Shown one piece after another: positions 9,783 through 19,691 of a stretch of DNA of 64,000 bases (within the stretch, counting starts at the first letter, position 1; the number at the start of each line of letters is the position of its first letter). The notes under the pieces are model-generated. The model was not told the DNA's origin. It was given only the letters and a program-made list of their open reading frames with translations, and ran no database searches. The stretch spans positions 1-64,000 of the forward strand of contig CBFIGY010000005.1 in the NCBI GenBank assembly GCA_965662235.1, read 5' to 3'. The position numbers were made by a program, and so were the translations under genes. Source of the DNA: an uncultured bacterium. GTDB lineage: Bacteria; SAR324; NAC60-12.

Positions 9783-10582
9783 GCCTGATTCATTACTACC
9801 GCTGCTTTCAGGGCATCATGGCCCGGGAAGCCCTGCGGTTTCTGCAGCAGCAGGGACGCTTCTTTGCCGCACTGGTCCGGCCCCTGGTCTGGCTGTTTAT
9901 CTTTGCCGCCGGGTTCCGGTCTACCCTTGGCATTTCCATCCTCCCGCCTTATGAGACCTACGTTCTCTATGAGGTTTACATCACCCCCGGGTTGCTGGGG
10001 ATGATCCTGCTGTTCAACGGCATGCAGACCTCGCTTTCCATGGTTTATGACCGTGAAATGGGGAGCATGAAGACCCTCCTGATCAGCCCCCTGCCTCGCT
10101 GGTTTCTGCTTACGAGCAAGCTGTGTGCAGGGTCACTGATTTCCATCCTCCAGGCCTTTGTGTACCTGCTCATTGCCTGGTTCTGGGAGGTCGAAGCGCC
10201 GTGGGAAGGGTACCTGTTCCTCATCCCGGCGTTGCTCCTCAGTGGCCTGATGCTCGGCGCCTTAGGCCTCTTCATCTCATCAATGATCAAGCAGCTGGAG
10301 AACTTTGCTGGCGTGATGAACTTTGTCATCTTCCCCATGTTCTTTGCGTCCTCCGCGCTTTACCCGCTGTGGCGTCTGGAAGAGTCCAGCCTTGTCCTTC
10401 GCGACATCGCTGCCTACAATCCGTTCACACACGCCGTGGAGCTGATCCGCTTTGCCCTCTACGGTCAGTTGAACCTCGAATCGCTGCTCTACGTTTTGGG
10501 CTCCGGAGCCCTTTTCATGACCCTGGCCATTTGGGGCTACGACCCCGCCCGGGGCACCTTGGCTCGCAAAAGCGGCCCCTGA
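9779..10582 (+). CDS. ABC-2-type permease of the PQQ-alcohol-dehydrogenase-associated type (PedC/LutF-like)
   Basis: ALVRPLVWLFIFAAGF, PPYETY, SLSMVYDREMGSM, QLENFAGVMNFVIFP, NPFTHAVELIRFALYG. Confidence 0.85.
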   Translation: MSLIHYYRCFQGIMAREALRFLQQQGRFFAALVRPLVWLFIFAAGFRSTLGISILPPYETYVLYEVYITPGLLGMILLFNGMQTSLSMVYDREMGSMKTLLISPLPRWFLLTSKLCAGSLISILQAFVYLLIAWFWEVEAPWEGYLFLIPALLLSGLMLGALGLFISSMIKQLENFAGVMNFVIFPMFFASSALYPLWRLEESSLVLRDIAAYNPFTHAVELIRFALYGQLNLESLLYVLGSGALFMTLAIWGYDPARGTLARKSGP

Positions 10583-10600
10583 TTGCTGAAGACGCCTTCC

Positions 10601-12280
10601 ATGCCACACCCTGCTTCCTCTGAATCCCCCCGTAAACGCCGAGGCCGCCGCCGTGGACGTGTGGTGGATCCCAACGCCCTCGCTCAGGTGCAGGAATGGC
10701 TCGGCGCCCTTCCCCGAGACCGGGACCAGCTCCTTGAAGCCCTCCACCTCCTCCAGGATGCCCACGGCCACCTCGCAGCAGCCCACTTGGTTGCCCTTGC
10801 GGAAGAGTTTCGCCTCGCTCCTGCTGAGGTCTACGAGGTCGCTACTTTTTACCATCACTTTGAGGTCGTCAAGGAAGGCGACCCAACGCCCGCGCCCCTT
10901 ACCGTTCGGGTGTGCGACTCCCTGACCTGCTCGCTGTTTGGCGCCGAAGCACTGGTGGCGGAACTGGAGCAGAGCCTCGGGACTGAGGTCCGGGTGCAAC
11001 GGGTGCCCTGCGTGGGACGCTGTGCTCAGGCACCGGTCGCCGTAGTGGGAAAGAATCCGGTGGAAGCAGCCACTCCAGAAGCCGTGGTGCAAGCAGTTCA
11101 AGCCGGGGCCGTTTCCCCCACGCTTCCAGAAGCACCCAACCTAGAAACGTATCAGGCCTCCGGAGGCTACCAGGTTTACCAGCAGTGCCTTTCTGGCGAG
11201 CGGAGCGTGGAATCCGTTCTGGAAGCACTGGACGCCTCTGGGCTCCGGGGACTGGGAGGGGCCGGGTTTCCAACTGGACGCAAGTGGCGCATCGTCCGGG
11301 ATCAGCCAGGGCCCCGACTGCTGGCAGTCAACATTGACGAAGGCGAGCCCGGGACCTTCAAGGACCGCTACTGTCTGGAAACGCAACCGCACCAGTTTCT
11401 AGAAGGCGTCCTGATCGCGTGCTGGGCAGTGGGCCTCGACGCCGCCTACCTCTACCTGCGGGACGAGTACGCCGGCTGCTACGAACTCCTCCAGCGTGAG
11501 CTGCAGGCGCTCCGAAAGGCGCCTCCGGGACCGCTTCCTGAACTGCACCTGAGGCGTGGCGCCGGCGCATACGTCTGTGGCGAGGAATCGGCCATGATTG
11601 AGTCACTTGAGGGCAAACGGGGCCTTCCGCGGCAACGTCCTCCGTATGTGGCGGAAGTGGGGCTGTTTGGTCGTCCGACGCTGGAACACAACCTAGAGAC
11701 CCTCCACTGGGTGCCGGCCGTCCTCGCAAGCGGGGGAGACGCGTTTGCTCAGGCTGGGCGACACGGACGTCAAGGCCTCCGGGCGTTCTCGGTCAGTGGC
11801 CGCGTGGCCCGTCCGGGGGTGCACCTTGCGCCTGCAGGCATCACGCTGCAGGAGCTGCTCGACGAGTACTGCGGCGGCATGGCGCCTGGGCATGAGCTCT
11901 ATGGCTACTTCCCCGGAGGCGCTTCCGGAGGCATCCTGCCCGCGTCCCTAGCCGATGTGCCGCTCGACTTCGGAACCCTGCAGGCGCACGGCTGCTTCAT
12001 TGGCTCGGCGGCAATTGTCGTCTTTTCCCGGCAAGACCGAGCCCGGGACCTCGCGCTCAACGCCCTCCGGTTCTTTGAACACGAGTCCTGTGGCCAGTGC
12101 ACCCCCTGCCGCGTTGGCACCGGAAAAGCCGCGCAGCTGATGGAGGCCCCCACCTGGGACGCCGCGTTGCTAGAGGAGTTGGCGCAGGTGATGGAAGACG
12201 CGTCGATCTGCGGACTCGGACAGGCCGCTCCCAACCCAATACGGTGCGTGCTGAACTACTTCCCTGATGAGGTGTGCTGA
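10601..12280 (+). CDS. NAD-dependent formate dehydrogenase beta subunit (NuoE-NuoF-like fusion)
   Basis: 2Fe-2S domain (VCDSLTC, CVGRC), then GLRGLGGAGFPTG, DEGEPGTFKDR, GAGAYVCGEES, ESCGQCTPCR. Confidence 0.9.
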   Translation: MPHPASSESPRKRRGRRRGRVVDPNALAQVQEWLGALPRDRDQLLEALHLLQDAHGHLAAAHLVALAEEFRLAPAEVYEVATFYHHFEVVKEGDPTPAPLTVRVCDSLTCSLFGAEALVAELEQSLGTEVRVQRVPCVGRCAQAPVAVVGKNPVEAATPEAVVQAVQAGAVSPTLPEAPNLETYQASGGYQVYQQCLSGERSVESVLEALDASGLRGLGGAGFPTGRKWRIVRDQPGPRLLAVNIDEGEPGTFKDRYCLETQPHQFLEGVLIACWAVGLDAAYLYLRDEYAGCYELLQRELQALRKAPPGPLPELHLRRGAGAYVCGEESAMIESLEGKRGLPRQRPPYVAEVGLFGRPTLEHNLETLHWVPAVLASGGDAFAQAGRHGRQGLRAFSVSGRVARPGVHLAPAGITLQELLDEYCGGMAPGHELYGYFPGGASGGILPASLADVPLDFGTLQAHGCFIGSAAIVVFSRQDRARDLALNALRFFEHESCGQCTPCRVGTGKAAQLMEAPTWDAALLEELAQVMEDASICGLGQAAPNPIRCVLNYFPDEVC

Positions 12281-12281
12281 C

Positions 12282-15038
12282 ATGACCGACGCCGTGGCTC
12301 CCATTTGCTTTGAACTCAACGGCCAACCGGTAGAAGCCGCCCCCGGAGAGACGATCCTCCAGGTGGCCCAACGGATGCAGACCGAGATTCCCTTCCTTTG
12401 CTACCACCCCGGTTACCGTCCTGATGGAAACTGCCGGGCCTGTGTGGTGGAGATTGAAGGCGAGCGGGCGCTGGCTCCTTCTTGCATGCGGGTGCCCACG
12501 TCTGGAATGAAGGTCTGGAGTCACAGCGAACGCGCCCGGCACTCTCAGAAGCTGGTGCTGGAGCTGCTGCGGTCCGACATGCCGGAGCAAGGCCCGTCTC
12601 CGCACACGCCCCGGTCGGAGCTTGATGTCTGGGTGGAACGCCTGCAGGTGGGCGCCCCGCGTTTTCCTGAGCGGGCTCAGCCTGCAGGAGACGGGTCGCA
12701 TCCGGCCATTGCTGTGCAGCTTGAGGCCTGCATTCAGTGCGGACGCTGCGTGCGGGCGTGCCGGGAGGAGCAGGTGAACGACGTCATTGGCTTCGCCTTC
12801 CGAGGAGGGCATGCCTCCATTGTGTTTGACCTTGATGACCCGCTGGGCAGCAGTTCCTGCGTGGCCTGCGGCGAGTGCGTGCAGGCGTGTCCGACGGGCG
12901 CGCTCATGCCCGCTCAGGAGGTGGGCTTGGAGGCGCCGGAGCAGCGGGTGAACTCGGTGTGTCCGTACTGCGGGGTCGGCTGTCAACTGGAGTACCAGGT
13001 CAAGGACAACCGTATCCTACAGGTGGTGGGACGTCCCGGGCCAGCCAACCAGGGGCGCCTGTGCGTCAAGGGGCGGTATGGCTTCGATTACGTCCATCAT
13101 TCGGATCGACTGACCCAACCCCTGATCCGACGAGAGGGGGTTCCGAAGACCCCGGAACTGCTGGCTCCAGAAGACTTCCCTCGCGTCTTCCGTGAGGCCA
13201 CCTGGGAGGAAGCCCTGGACCGTGCTGCAGCAGGCTTCCGGACCCTGCGGACTCAAAAGGGCCCTCAGGCGCTGGCCGGGTTCGGTTGTGCCAAGGGCAG
13301 CAACGAAGAAGCCTACCTCGTCCAGAAACTGATCCGGACGGGTTTTGGCAGCAACAACGTGGACCACTGCACCCGCCTCTGCCACGCCTCGTCTGTTGCC
13401 GCGCTGCTGGAAGGCATCGGCTCCGGGGCCGTGTCCAACCCCTTCACAGATGCAGAGGAGGCGGAGGTGATCGTTGTGGTTGGCTCCAACACAACGGCGA
13501 ACCACCCGGTCGCTGCAACCTTCTTCAAGAACGCCGCCAAGGCCGGGAAGACGCTGGTGATGATTGACCCACGTCGGACCGAGTTGGCGCGTCACGCCAC
13601 CTACGGCCTGCATTTTCACCCCGGAACCGATGTTGCGCTCTTCAATGCCCTGATGCACGTCATTGTCACAGAAGGCCTGTGCGACGAAGCCTTCATTGCA
13701 GAGCGGACCGAGCACTTTGAGGCCTTCCGGGACAATCTGGCGGCGTATGATCCGGAACGCATGGCGCCCATCTGCGGCATTCCTGCTGATACCCTCCGGG
13801 AGGTGGCCCGCTGTTACGCGACCGCGGAGCGTTCGATCATTTTCTGGGGAATGGGCGTGTCGCAGCACACCCACGGCACCGACAACGCCCGTTGCCTGAT
13901 TGCGTTGGCGTTGATGACCGGACAGATCGGTCGCCCAGGCACCGGACTGCATCCACTCCGGGGGCAAAACAACGTCCAGGGCGCCTCTGACATGGGCCTC
14001 ATCCCCATGGTGTTCCCCGATTACCAGCGAGTCGATCAGCCCGAAGCCCGGGCCTTCTTTGAGGAACTGTGGGCCACCCCGCTGGATCCGAATCCGGGGT
14101 TGACCGTGGTGGAAATCACGGAGGCCGTGCACCAGGGCATGATTCAGGGCATCTACATCATGGGGGAAAATCCGGCCATGTCAGATCCCAACCTAAACCA
14201 CACCCGCGAGGCCCTGGCGCGTCTTCAGCACTTGGTGGTGCAGGACATCTTTCCGACGGAGACGGCCGGCTTTGCCGATGTGATCCTGCCGGCTTCCGCC
14301 TTTCCAGAGAAAACCGGAACCTTCACCAACACCAACCGTCAGGTGCAGTTGGGACGTCAGGCGCTGGAACCTCCCGGAAACGCGCGACAGGACTGGTGGA
14401 TCCTTCAGGAGCTGGCCCAGCGGCTGGGCTTGCCGTGGAACTATTCGGGACCAGAGGAAATCTTTGCTGAGGTCCGCCGGGCCACTCCGAGCATGGCCGG
14501 CATCACCTGGGAACGCCTCCAGCAGGAACACAGCGTCACCTACCCCTGCGAGCAGGAAGGCGATCCTGGAGAGGCGATCCTGTTTCAGCAGACCTTTCCG
14601 CGACCGTCACAGCGGGCTCAATTTGTCCCTGCGGCCTTTACTCCGTCTCATGAGCTTCCGGATGACGAGTACCCATTTGTCTTTGTCACCGGAAGGCAGC
14701 TGGAGCACTGGCACACGGGCAGCATGACCCGACGGGCACGGGTGCTTGATGCCGTGGAGCCGGTTCCGGTGATCAGCATTCACCCCGAAGACTGGGCCCT
14801 GCTGCATCCGGACCCCGAGGCGTTGCTGCGAGTTCAGTCCCGGCGAGGCGCCCTGACGGCTCAGGTCCGACCAGACGCCGGAGTCCCGCGTGGCAGCATT
14901 TACATGGCCTTTTCCTACCATGAGGCCGCCGCCAACCTGCTGACTACGGACGCCCTGGATCCCTTTGGCAAGATCCCTGAGTTTAAGTTTTGTGCCGTCC
15001 GCTTGTCCCCAACTTCCTCGATCCCCTTGGTTTCCTGA
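12282..15038 (+). CDS. Formate dehydrogenase alpha subunit (Mo/W-bis-PGD, Cys ligand)
   Basis: Fe-S motifs GNCRAC, CIQCGRCVRAC, CVACGECVQACP, CPYCGVGC; active site DHCTRLCHASS; LRGQNNVQG; C-terminal PEFKFCAV. Confidence 0.93.
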   Translation: MTDAVAPICFELNGQPVEAAPGETILQVAQRMQTEIPFLCYHPGYRPDGNCRACVVEIEGERALAPSCMRVPTSGMKVWSHSERARHSQKLVLELLRSDMPEQGPSPHTPRSELDVWVERLQVGAPRFPERAQPAGDGSHPAIAVQLEACIQCGRCVRACREEQVNDVIGFAFRGGHASIVFDLDDPLGSSSCVACGECVQACPTGALMPAQEVGLEAPEQRVNSVCPYCGVGCQLEYQVKDNRILQVVGRPGPANQGRLCVKGRYGFDYVHHSDRLTQPLIRREGVPKTPELLAPEDFPRVFREATWEEALDRAAAGFRTLRTQKGPQALAGFGCAKGSNEEAYLVQKLIRTGFGSNNVDHCTRLCHASSVAALLEGIGSGAVSNPFTDAEEAEVIVVVGSNTTANHPVAATFFKNAAKAGKTLVMIDPRRTELARHATYGLHFHPGTDVALFNALMHVIVTEGLCDEAFIAERTEHFEAFRDNLAAYDPERMAPICGIPADTLREVARCYATAERSIIFWGMGVSQHTHGTDNARCLIALALMTGQIGRPGTGLHPLRGQNNVQGASDMGLIPMVFPDYQRVDQPEARAFFEELWATPLDPNPGLTVVEITEAVHQGMIQGIYIMGENPAMSDPNLNHTREALARLQHLVVQDIFPTETAGFADVILPASAFPEKTGTFTNTNRQVQLGRQALEPPGNARQDWWILQELAQRLGLPWNYSGPEEIFAEVRRATPSMAGITWERLQQEHSVTYPCEQEGDPGEAILFQQTFPRPSQRAQFVPAAFTPSHELPDDEYPFVFVTGRQLEHWHTGSMTRRARVLDAVEPVPVISIHPEDWALLHPDPEALLRVQSRRGALTAQVRPDAGVPRGSIYMAFSYHEAAANLLTTDALDPFGKIPEFKFCAVRLSPTSSIPLVS

Positions 15039-15044
15039 AAAACC

Positions 15045-15073
15045 TTGACAGATCGTCGCATTTCCTAGTTAAT
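15045..15073 (+). promoter_or_regulatory. Putative sigma70 promoter of the ffh operon
   Basis: TTGACA (15045-15050), 17-nt spacer, GTTAAT. Confidence 0.5.
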
Positions 15074-15108
15074 AGTCAGTTTGACTCCACTAGGGGACCC
15101 TAAAGACG

Positions 15109-16449
15109 ATGTTTGAGACACTTTCCACTAAATTGACAGGTTCGCTCCGCAAGGTTCGCGGGCAGGGTCGGTTAACGGAAGACAACATCAAGGGCACCCT
15201 CAACGAAGTCAAAATGGCGTTGTTGGAAGCCGACGTGAACTTCCGGGTGGTCAAGGCGTTTCTGCGATCGGTGCAGACCCGTGCCATCGGCGAGGAGGTG
15301 CAAGGCAGCCTGAGTCCCGGACAGCAGTTCATCAAGATCGTCAACGAAGAGTTGAAGGACATGATGGGCGGCGAAAGCGTTGGGCTGGACTTTCAGGCAC
15401 ACGACCGGCTGTTGACGATGATGGTGGGACTGCAGGGCTCCGGAAAAACGACCACCACCGGCAAGCTGGCACGACTGGCTCAGGCGCAGGGACGGAAGCC
15501 GTACCTGATTCCGGCCGACATCTACCGACCTGCGGCCATTGAGCAGCTGCATGTGCTGGCCCGGACGCTTCAGGTGCCGGCCTTTGCTTCTCGGACGGAC
15601 ATGGACCCTGTGGACATCGTCCGCGCTGGACTGGCTGAAGCTCAGGAGCAAGGCGCCAACACGATCTTCATCGACACGGCCGGACGCCTGCAGATCGACG
15701 AAGCCCTGATGGCGGAGCTTGAGCGCGTCAAGGCCGCGGTGCAGCCTCAGGAGATCCTGTTTGTTGCCGATGCGATGACGGGGCAGGAAGCGGTCAATGT
15801 GGCCCGGGGCTTTGATGAGCGCCTCGATGTTTCCGGGATTGTGCTCACCAAGATGGACGGCGACGCCCGAGGGGGCGCGGCTCTCTCCATCCGGGCCATC
15901 ACTCAGAAGCCCATCAAGTTCATCACGACGGGAGAGAAGCTCGACGCGCTGGAGCCCTTCCACCCTGAGCGGATCGCGTCTCGGATCCTCGGCATGGGCG
16001 ACATGCTGTCGCTGATTGAGAAGGTCGGGACGGCCTATGATGAAAAATCGGCGCTGCAGGTTCAGCAGAAGCTCAAGAAGAATGAGTTCTCCCTCGACGA
16101 CTTCCGGGATCAGCTGCGGACGATGCGGAAGATGGGGTCCATCAAGGACCTCTTGGGCATGCTCCCTGGTGTGAACGCAGGGGCTCTGAAGAATGCCAAT
16201 GTGGACGACAAGCAACTGGTCCGGATTGAGGCGATCATCTCCTCCATGACCATGAAGGAGCGTCAGCACCCCAACATCATCAACGGCTCCCGACGGGCCC
16301 GCATTGCCAAGGGCAGCGGAGTGCAGGTGAGTGAGATCAACCGCCTGCTCAAGCAGTTTGCCCAGATGCGGAAGATGATGTCCAAGCTTTCCCGTACTTC
16401 CGATCCCAGTAAGGCGATGCGGATGATGCAGAACATGATGCCCCGCTAG
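15109..16449 (+). CDS. ffh: Signal recognition particle protein
   Basis: ALLEADV, GLQGSGKTTT, DTAGR, TKMDGDARGG, RILGMGD and M-domain. Confidence 0.98.
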   Translation: MFETLSTKLTGSLRKVRGQGRLTEDNIKGTLNEVKMALLEADVNFRVVKAFLRSVQTRAIGEEVQGSLSPGQQFIKIVNEELKDMMGGESVGLDFQAHDRLLTMMVGLQGSGKTTTTGKLARLAQAQGRKPYLIPADIYRPAAIEQLHVLARTLQVPAFASRTDMDPVDIVRAGLAEAQEQGANTIFIDTAGRLQIDEALMAELERVKAAVQPQEILFVADAMTGQEAVNVARGFDERLDVSGIVLTKMDGDARGGAALSIRAITQKPIKFITTGEKLDALEPFHPERIASRILGMGDMLSLIEKVGTAYDEKSALQVQQKLKKNEFSLDDFRDQLRTMRKMGSIKDLLGMLPGVNAGALKNANVDDKQLVRIEAIISSMTMKERQHPNIINGSRRARIAKGSGVQVSEINRLLKQFAQMRKMMSKLSRTSDPSKAMRMMQNMMPR

Positions 16450-16506
16450 GGCCCCATGCAACGGCTTCCTGAAGAAGTCTCAACCCTTGTTACCTGACTG
16501 AGCTAA

Positions 16507-16746
16507 ATGGTCAAAATTCGACTGGCTCGGGGCGGAGCCAAAAAGCGCCCCTACTACCGCATCGTCGTGATCGACTCCCGCAACAAGCGCGAAGGCCGCT
16601 TCATTGAGCGCATCGGCTTCTACAACCCGATGGTGGATGAGAACCGCTTCGATATCGACATGGAGCGGGCCAAGTACTGGGTCTCTGTTGGAGCGCAGCC
16701 GACTGATCGGGTGCAGCGCCTCATGAAGCAGGCTGAGCAGGGCTGA
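16507..16746 (+). CDS. rpsP: 30S ribosomal protein S16
   Basis: [21 protein letters not shown]...GAQPTDRV. Confidence 0.98.
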   Translation: MVKIRLARGGAKKRPYYRIVVIDSRNKREGRFIERIGFYNPMVDENRFDIDMERAKYWVSVGAQPTDRVQRLMKQAEQG

Positions 16747-16752
16747 CCCCCG

Positions 16753-17292
16753 GTGCCGGAACGCCTGAGGGATTACGACGAGTTGACCTGGCTCGGCACC
16801 GTCATCGCGGCTCACGGGTTGCGAGGCGAGCTGAAGGTTGCTCCCCTGACAGACGATCCGGAGTACTACCTCGACCTTGACGGGGTCTTCCTCGAGAAGC
16901 AGGAGACCCTGCACTACCATGAGGTGGAAAGCTTTGTGTGGCGACACAACCACTGGTTGCTCGCTGTGCACGGCGTGGACGATCGCACCACGGCTGAGTC
17001 GTACAAACGGGCGCGCCTCCTCATTCCGGACGACGCCCTCAAGCCGCTGGCAGAGGGAGAGTTCTTTCAGTACCAGCTCTATGGCTGTGAGGTTTTCAAC
17101 GTCGAAGGCCAGAGGCTCGGGGTGCTCAAGGGCATCCTTGAAACCGGAGCCAACGACGTGTACGAGGTGCAAACGGACGCCGGCGAATTCCTCGTGCCGG
17201 CCATTCCGGACATCGTCAAACAGGTCGATGTGACCGCCCGTCGCGTTGTCATTGATCCGATTCCGGGGCTGCTTGGAGAGGAAGACGCCTGA
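16753..17292 (+). CDS. rimM: 16S rRNA processing protein RimM
   Basis: HGLRGELKV, ETGANDVY, IPGLL; conserved synteny. Confidence 0.95.
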   Translation: MPERLRDYDELTWLGTVIAAHGLRGELKVAPLTDDPEYYLDLDGVFLEKQETLHYHEVESFVWRHNHWLLAVHGVDDRTTAESYKRARLLIPDDALKPLAEGEFFQYQLYGCEVFNVEGQRLGVLKGILETGANDVYEVQTDAGEFLVPAIPDIVKQVDVTARRVVIDPIPGLLGEEDA

Positions 17293-17984
17293 TGCTGCGT
17301 TTTGAGATCCTGACCCTCTTTCCGGAACTCTTTCAGCCCTTCCTTCAGGAGGGACTGCTGAGCCGGGCCGTGGCCCATGAGCGGTTGGAGGTCACCCTCA
17401 ACCCCTTTCGGCGCTTCGGACGCGGCAAGCATCAGCAGGTGGACGATGAGCCCTACGGTGGCGGCCCCGGGATGGTCCTCCGGACCGAGCCCATCTGGGA
17501 AGCCCTGCAGGACTGTGAAGAACGCCACGCGCAGCAAGGACGCGCGGTGCATAAAATTCTGCTGACTCCTCAAGGCACCCCCTTCAATCAGGGGAAGGCC
17601 CGAGAGTTGAGCCAGCGAGAGGAAACCCTTGTCCTCATCTGCGGACGGTACGAAGGATTCGATGAACGGATCCGGACCTTTGTGGATGAAGAAATTTCTG
17701 GAGGAGACTTCATCTGTCTTGGAGGTGAAGTCATCGCCTTGACCCTCCTGGAAGCCGTTGGACGGCTCGTTCCCGGAGTGTTGGGAAACGCAGACTCCAG
17801 CGTTCAAGAATCCTTCTCGGAGGCGTTGCTTGAGTTTCCTCAATACACGCGTCCCCCCGAGTTTCGAGGCCTGAAGGTGCCCGATGTGCTGCTTTCAGGC
17901 AATCACCAACGCATCGCCGCATGGCGGCGAGATCAGGCGAAGCAACGTACCGCGCAGCGACGCCCGGATCTACTCAAACCCTAG
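17292..17984 (+). CDS. trmD: tRNA (guanine37-N1)-methyltransferase
   Basis: VDDEPYGGGPGMV, CGRYEGFDER, PQYTRP, VLLSGNH. Confidence 0.97.
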   Translation: MLRFEILTLFPELFQPFLQEGLLSRAVAHERLEVTLNPFRRFGRGKHQQVDDEPYGGGPGMVLRTEPIWEALQDCEERHAQQGRAVHKILLTPQGTPFNQGKARELSQREETLVLICGRYEGFDERIRTFVDEEISGGDFICLGGEVIALTLLEAVGRLVPGVLGNADSSVQESFSEALLEFPQYTRPPEFRGLKVPDVLLSGNHQRIAAWRRDQAKQRTAQRRPDLLKP

Positions 17985-17996
17985 CTGAAAACGAAA

Positions 17997-18383
17997 ATGG
18001 CTACGTTGATGGAAATTGTGGAGCAGTCCCAGCTTCGCGACAACATTCCGGACTTCCGGGTGGGCTGCACCGTGCGGGTCAACTACCGTGTGACCGAGGG
18101 CAACAAGGAGCGCATTCAGGCGTATGAGGGCATTGTCATTGGCCGACACTGCAGCACCGGCAATGCCAAGGCCACCTTCACTGTCCGCAAGGTCACTCAA
18201 GGCTACGGCGTGGAGCGGATCTTCCCCCTGCACTCCCCACGGATTGAGAGCATTCAAGTGATCCGGGAAGGCCGGGTCCGGCGGGCCAAGCTGTACTACC
18301 TCCGCGACCGCAAGGGCAAGGCCGCCCGCATCAAGGAGCGCATGAACAGCCGCATCACACGCCTTGCCCAGGCTGGCAAGTAA
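17997..18383 (+). CDS. rplS: 50S ribosomal protein L19
   Basis: [33 protein letters not shown]. Confidence 0.98.
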   Translation: MATLMEIVEQSQLRDNIPDFRVGCTVRVNYRVTEGNKERIQAYEGIVIGRHCSTGNAKATFTVRKVTQGYGVERIFPLHSPRIESIQVIREGRVRRAKLYYLRDRKGKAARIKERMNSRITRLAQAGK

Positions 18384-19002
18384 GCCCACCCTGGAACTGG
18401 AAGCCCAGGCTCAGCAGCACGGTTACCCACGGGTTGCCGGCGTTGACGAAGCCGGGCGCGGTCCCCTGGCAGGCCCCTTGGTGGTCAGTGCCGTTTTGCT
18501 GGGACCCCACTGGGATGCCTCGCATCCGCTGAATGACTCCAAGCAGCTGACTCCGGAAGAGCGCGAGCGTCTGTTTGCCGTCATTCGGAAAGAAGCCCAA
18601 GGGCACAAGATCATCGTTGTTTCGGCCCAAGCCATCGACGAAAGCAACATCTTGGCAGCCACGCTGAAGGCAATGGCAGAGAGCCTAGAGGGTCTGAACC
18701 CGCCCCCTGATTATGCGCTGGTGGATGGCAACCGCTACCCGCCAACCGACCTTCCGGGGGAAACCGTTGTCAAGGGAGATGCCCGTTCACTGAGCATTGC
18801 TGCCGCCTCCATTTTGGCAAAGGTGGTTCACGATCGGCTCATGCGTGTGTACGCCCGACGCTACCCCCAGTGGGGCTTTGAGCGACACCTCGGCTACCCC
18901 ACCCGGGAGCACCGCCAAGCGATTCAGGAACACGGCCTGAGTCCCATTCACCGGAAGTCTTTTCGGACCCGCCCGCGGCCGGAGCAACTGAGTCTGCTAT
19001 GA
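18364..19002 (+). CDS. rnhB: Ribonuclease HII
   Basis: [33 protein letters not shown]. Start codon uncertain (TTG overlapping rplS). Confidence 0.95.
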   Translation: MPRLASKPTLELEAQAQQHGYPRVAGVDEAGRGPLAGPLVVSAVLLGPHWDASHPLNDSKQLTPEERERLFAVIRKEAQGHKIIVVSAQAIDESNILAATLKAMAESLEGLNPPPDYALVDGNRYPPTDLPGETVVKGDARSLSIAAASILAKVVHDRLMRVYARRYPQWGFERHLGYPTREHRQAIQEHGLSPIHRKSFRTRPRPEQLSLL

Positions 19003-19352
19003 CCCACGCTCGCCTGCGTCTTGGGAAGGCTGGAGAGGATCACGCCGCCGCTTTTTTGGCGCAGCAGGGCTACCGCATCCGGGAGCGAAACTTTCGGTGT
19101 CGGTTGGGGGAAATTGACATTGTGGCAGAAGACGGCGAGTATCTGGTCTTCTGTGAAGTGAAAACACGCTCGGGCACGCAGGTTCACCCGTCTCTGTCCG
19201 TGCACCCACGCAAGGTCCGCAAGCTCCGTCAACTGGGGCTGCTGTACCTTGATCAGCATGGCCTGACTGCTCGTCAGCCACGATTTGATGTTATTTCTGT
19301 GCAGCTCACAGAGCCTCAACCGGTTCTGGAGCACATCGTCAACGCGTTCTAA
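18999..19352 (+). CDS. yraN: YraN/UPF0102 family endonuclease
   Basis: GKAGED, GEIDIV, FCEVKTR, RFDVI, HIVNAF. Confidence 0.92.
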   Translation: MTHARLRLGKAGEDHAAAFLAQQGYRIRERNFRCRLGEIDIVAEDGEYLVFCEVKTRSGTQVHPSLSVHPRKVRKLRQLGLLYLDQHGLTARQPRFDVISVQLTEPQPVLEHIVNAF

Positions 19353-19370
19353 CCTGAGAAAAAGAGACGC

Positions 19371-19637
19371 ATGGCCCATCACAAGTCAGCAAAAAAGCGC
19401 ATCCGACAGACGGAAAAGCGCACCGCCCGGAACCGTTCCCTGCGCTCGACCCTGCGCACCTCCATCAAGAAGTTCCGGAACACCATGGAGTCAGGAGCCG
19501 CTGAGCAGATCCAAGGGGAACTGCCGCAGACGCATAAAGTGATCGACAAGATGGTCACCAAGGGCATCCTGCACCACCGCACTGCCGCCCGCTACAAGTC
19601 CCGTTTGACCCAAGCAGCCAACCAGGCTTCCGCCTGA
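19371..19637 (+). CDS. rpsT: 30S ribosomal protein S20
   Basis: MAHHKSAKKRIRQ...KGILHHRTAARYKSRL. Confidence 0.97.
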   Translation: MAHHKSAKKRIRQTEKRTARNRSLRSTLRTSIKKFRNTMESGAAEQIQGELPQTHKVIDKMVTKGILHHRTAARYKSRLTQAANQASA

Positions 19638-19647
19638 TTGAGCCTGA

Positions 19648-19685
19648 TGCCGGGTTTGGGGAGCGTGGCTTCCGTCTGCCCGGCA
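19648..19685. terminator. Stem-loop between convergent rpsT and receiver gene
   Basis: TGCCGGG...CCCGGCA inverted repeat. Confidence 0.45.
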
Positions 19686-19691
19686 CCGCTT

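Noticed and set aside
13360..13395. Possible selenocysteine in the FDH active site
   Set aside because: The codon is TGC (Cys) in RLCH and there is no in-frame TGA.
15172..16461. Long antisense ORFs (also 33600-35105, 59248-60624, 61114-62658, 13017-14132)
   Set aside because: They are shadows of well-conserved genes in high-GC DNA, with no recognisable motifs or SD sequences.
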